From: Lama guanicoe
Lineage: Eukaryota
DNA length: 64,000 nt
Reading direction: 5' to 3'
Assembly: GCA_013239625.1 (NCBI GenBank)
Contig: MU053588.1
Location: 2,304,508 to 2,368,507 of the forward strand
In this document: positions 61,480 through 64,000 of the stretch, in pieces
How the letters are laid out: each line of letters begins with the position of its first letter
Numbering within the stretch: position 1 is the first letter of the stretch
Notes under the pieces: generated by a model
The model's input: the letters and a program-made list of their open reading frames with translations, nothing else
Databases searched by the model: none
What the model was told of the DNA's origin: nothing
Position numbers and translations under genes: made by a program

Positions 61480-61724
61480 GTAAGGCAGCTCCAGGAAGGG
61501 GCAGCCCAGCTACGGACGGTGTACGCGGGCGAGCACGCGGAGGCCATCGCCAGCCGGGAGCAGGAGGTGCTGCAGGGCTGGAAGGAGCTGCTGGCAGCCT
61601 GCGAGGACGCCCGCCTGCACGTGAGCTCCACGGCCGACGCCCTGCGATTCCACAGCCAGGCTCGCGACCTGCTCTCCTGGATGGATGGCATCGCCAGCCA
61701 GATCGGAGCAGCTGACAAGCCCAG
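61480..61724 (+). CDS. SPTBN4: BetaIV-spectrin exon 27 (last exon in the window; gene continues)
   Basis: VRQLQEGAAQLRTVYAGEHAE...IGAADKPR, including the conserved YAG tyrosine of repeat 15; donor AG|gtgccc. Confidence 0.95.
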
Positions 61725-63489
61725 GTGCCCCTCATCCCACCTTGGGCTTCCTACCTGCCTCTGGGCAGCCACCCCTGCCCATCAGCAGTTCCTTTCCCAT
61801 AGAAAACCCCAATAGCCAATACCTGTGCGGTACCTCTGCCTGCTACGCATTGTTTTAATGCCTCTTGTGTATTAAGACCCCTTGTCAGGCCAGACACTGG
61901 GGCTCAGAGCATGGGACATCCTCCTGCCTCTGTGGGGGTGTCACAGCATGGGGAGGGATCTGAAGCCAGGGTTGGGACAGGGAGGCGTATTTGTGGCTTA
62001 ATCTAGTAGGAACTGACATGTTGCTCACATAACGGCTTGATGTGAGTGTCCAGCAGAAGCCTGTCCCGCACTGATTGGGAGCCACTGTCCTTCCATCATC
62101 AACCCTGGGAGTCATTTGCTGGACCTTCTGCATCCAACTGCAGAGGAGAAGAGAGCAGGAGGATCACATGGGAGGTTTTAGGGACTAAACCTGCGCTCAC
62201 GTTCTATTGGCCCAGTGGCCCCAACCTGTCTGCCTGGGAGGCTGGGAAATGTAGCCTGGCATGTGTCCAAGAAGACAAGGACCTGGAGAGTGGTGGATGC
62301 GTAGCACTGTGTCTGTGACTGTGGGGCCTTGGGCCTGCATTCATTTACTCAGCAAATATGTATTGATGACTACTGTATGCCAGAAGGTGAGCCCCTGCCC
62401 TGATGCAGCTTACATTCTGAGAGAGGAGACAGGCAACAGTTAAGTAAATAAACAAACACTTAATATTATTTCGATAGTCGTAGTGCTCTGAAGAAAAATA
62501 AAGCAAGATAAGGGGACCTGAGTGAAGGATGGTGAGTTGGGTAAAGTTTTAGGGGGAAGAGTCTTCCAGGTGGAGGGATCAGCAAGTGCAAAGGCCCTGA
62601 GGTGGGTTGCAGTTAGACATGTTTGAGGAAAAGCTGGACAAGCATTGTAGCTGGATGGAGTGAGTGGTAGGGGAGAGTGGAGACTGGTAGGAAGTGAGGC
62701 TAGAAGAGAAATAGGGCATGGTGAGGAGTTTGCCTTTCCTTGGATTGAGATGGTAGTCATGGGATTGCGTAGAGCAAGGGAGCAATGTAATATAATGTAC
62801 ATTTGAGAACGATCACTCCAGGTGCCTAGTGGGTAACGGACTGTGGACAGCCAGGTGGAAGCAGGTAGACCAGTCAGGAGACTGCTAACATAATCCAGGT
62901 GAGAGGTGATATTGTCTTGGCCCAGGGTCGTGGTTGAAGAGATGGCAAGAAATGATTGGCTTTAGGAATTGAAAAAATCTTATTATGAAAATTTCAAAAA
63001 TATACAGAAGTAGCAACAACAGTATAATGAACCCACATGTGTAGAGTGAACACTGGGCTTGGACAACCATCAACATTTGGCCAATCCTGCTTCATCCATA
63101 CGCTCCCCTTCCCCATCCCATCCACCCTTTGCTGAGTTATTTTAAAACAAATCTATGATTTTATATCATTTCAGAGTATGTTTTGCAGTTATAAATGTCC
63201 AGTCTTGAGTGACTGATTAGCTTCAGGGGCTGAGGGGGAAAAAGAAGAGTCACGGATGAATGATGGGTGAATTTACTGAGTTGGAGAATTTTGGGGAGGG
63301 TACGTTTGGGAGATAGGGGAGAATCAGGGAGATTGTTCTAGGCATATGAAGTCTTAAGTAGGAATCATCACAATGTGGGACCATCAGAAATGCATTTGGA
63401 CATATTAAGTCTTATAAAGCTCTACTTGTTGACTGGTTGAACCCTCAGAAATTTGAGATTTGTTTTGCACAGATAATAGCTTAGAATGA

Positions 63490-63820
63490 TGCTGTCCAAT
63501 AGTTACACAATGCAAGCCACCAGTGTGAGCCATGTATATAATTGAAGATTTTTCTTGTAACCACATTAAAAAAAAGTAAAGAGAAGCAAATGAAAATTAA
63601 TTTTAGTAATTAATTGTATTTAACCCAGTGTACCCAAAATACTATTACTTCAACATATAGGCATATGAAAATTATTGAGATATCTTACCTTCGTTTTTAT
63701 ACTCAGTCTTCAAAATATGGTGTTTAGTTTACACTTGAACACATCTCAAGTCAGACTAGCCACATTTCAAGGGTTTGACTGCCATACATATCTAGTGGCT
63801 ACCATATGGGACAGCACAGA
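63490..63820. mobile_element. MER33-like hAT-Charlie element
   Basis: Terminal inverted pattern gctgtccaatag ... ctagtggctaccatatgggacagcac. Confidence 0.6.
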
Positions 63821-63876
63821 CTGAGAAGTTTAGAATCATTGGCTAGTGGAAACTTAAGAAGTATACCTTTGCCACA

Positions 63877-63966
63877 GGTGAGTACGGCTCAGTGGTAGAG
63901 CACATGCTTAGCATGCACGAGGTCCTGGGTTCAATTCCTAGCACCTCCATTAAAAAAGAAAGAAAG
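63877..63966 (+). mobile_element. tRNA-derived SINE (short vic-1-like)
   Basis: ctcagtggtagagcacatgcttagcatgcacgaggtcctgggttcaatt; TSD AAGAAGTATASCTTT at 63856-63870 and 63967-63981. Confidence 0.85.
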
Positions 63967-64000
63967 AAGAAGTATAGCTTTAAAAAATGAGAAAAATTGG

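Overview
Mammalian genomic DNA, not prokaryotic. It is most likely a camelid, inferred from about nine copies of a tRNA-Ala-derived vic-1-like SINE. The window holds two head-to-head genes. BLVRB (biliverdin reductase B / flavin reductase) lies on the minus strand, with its promoter, coding exon 1 and part of intron 1 present. SPTBN4 (betaIV-spectrin) lies on the plus strand, with non-coding exon 1 and coding exons 2-27. These coding exons splice GT-AG and in phase into one uninterrupted 5909-nt ORF (about 1970 codons: tandem calponin-homology actin-binding domain, then spectrin repeats through the ankyrin-binding region), and the gene continues past the window. Introns carry L1, L2, MIR, hAT-Charlie and MaLR remnants, low-complexity arrays and one 378-N assembly gap. 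I found no wholly new gene system. The most interesting signals are regulatory or isoform-level: (1) an internal CpG-island promoter in SPTBN4 intron 18 with a near-canonical REST/RE1 site and an upstream CTCF-like site; (2) a 31-bp-phased array of RFX X-box-like 14-mers in intron 11; (3) two candidate alternative C-termini (sigma3-like and sigma5-like); (4) an overlapping uORF; (5) a GC-AG donor and an ARE/GATA enhancer-like cluster in BLVRB; (6) a tailless tRNA-Val 5'-half retrocopy. Exon numbers, comparisons to human sequences and repeat-family names come from memory and were not database-checked.
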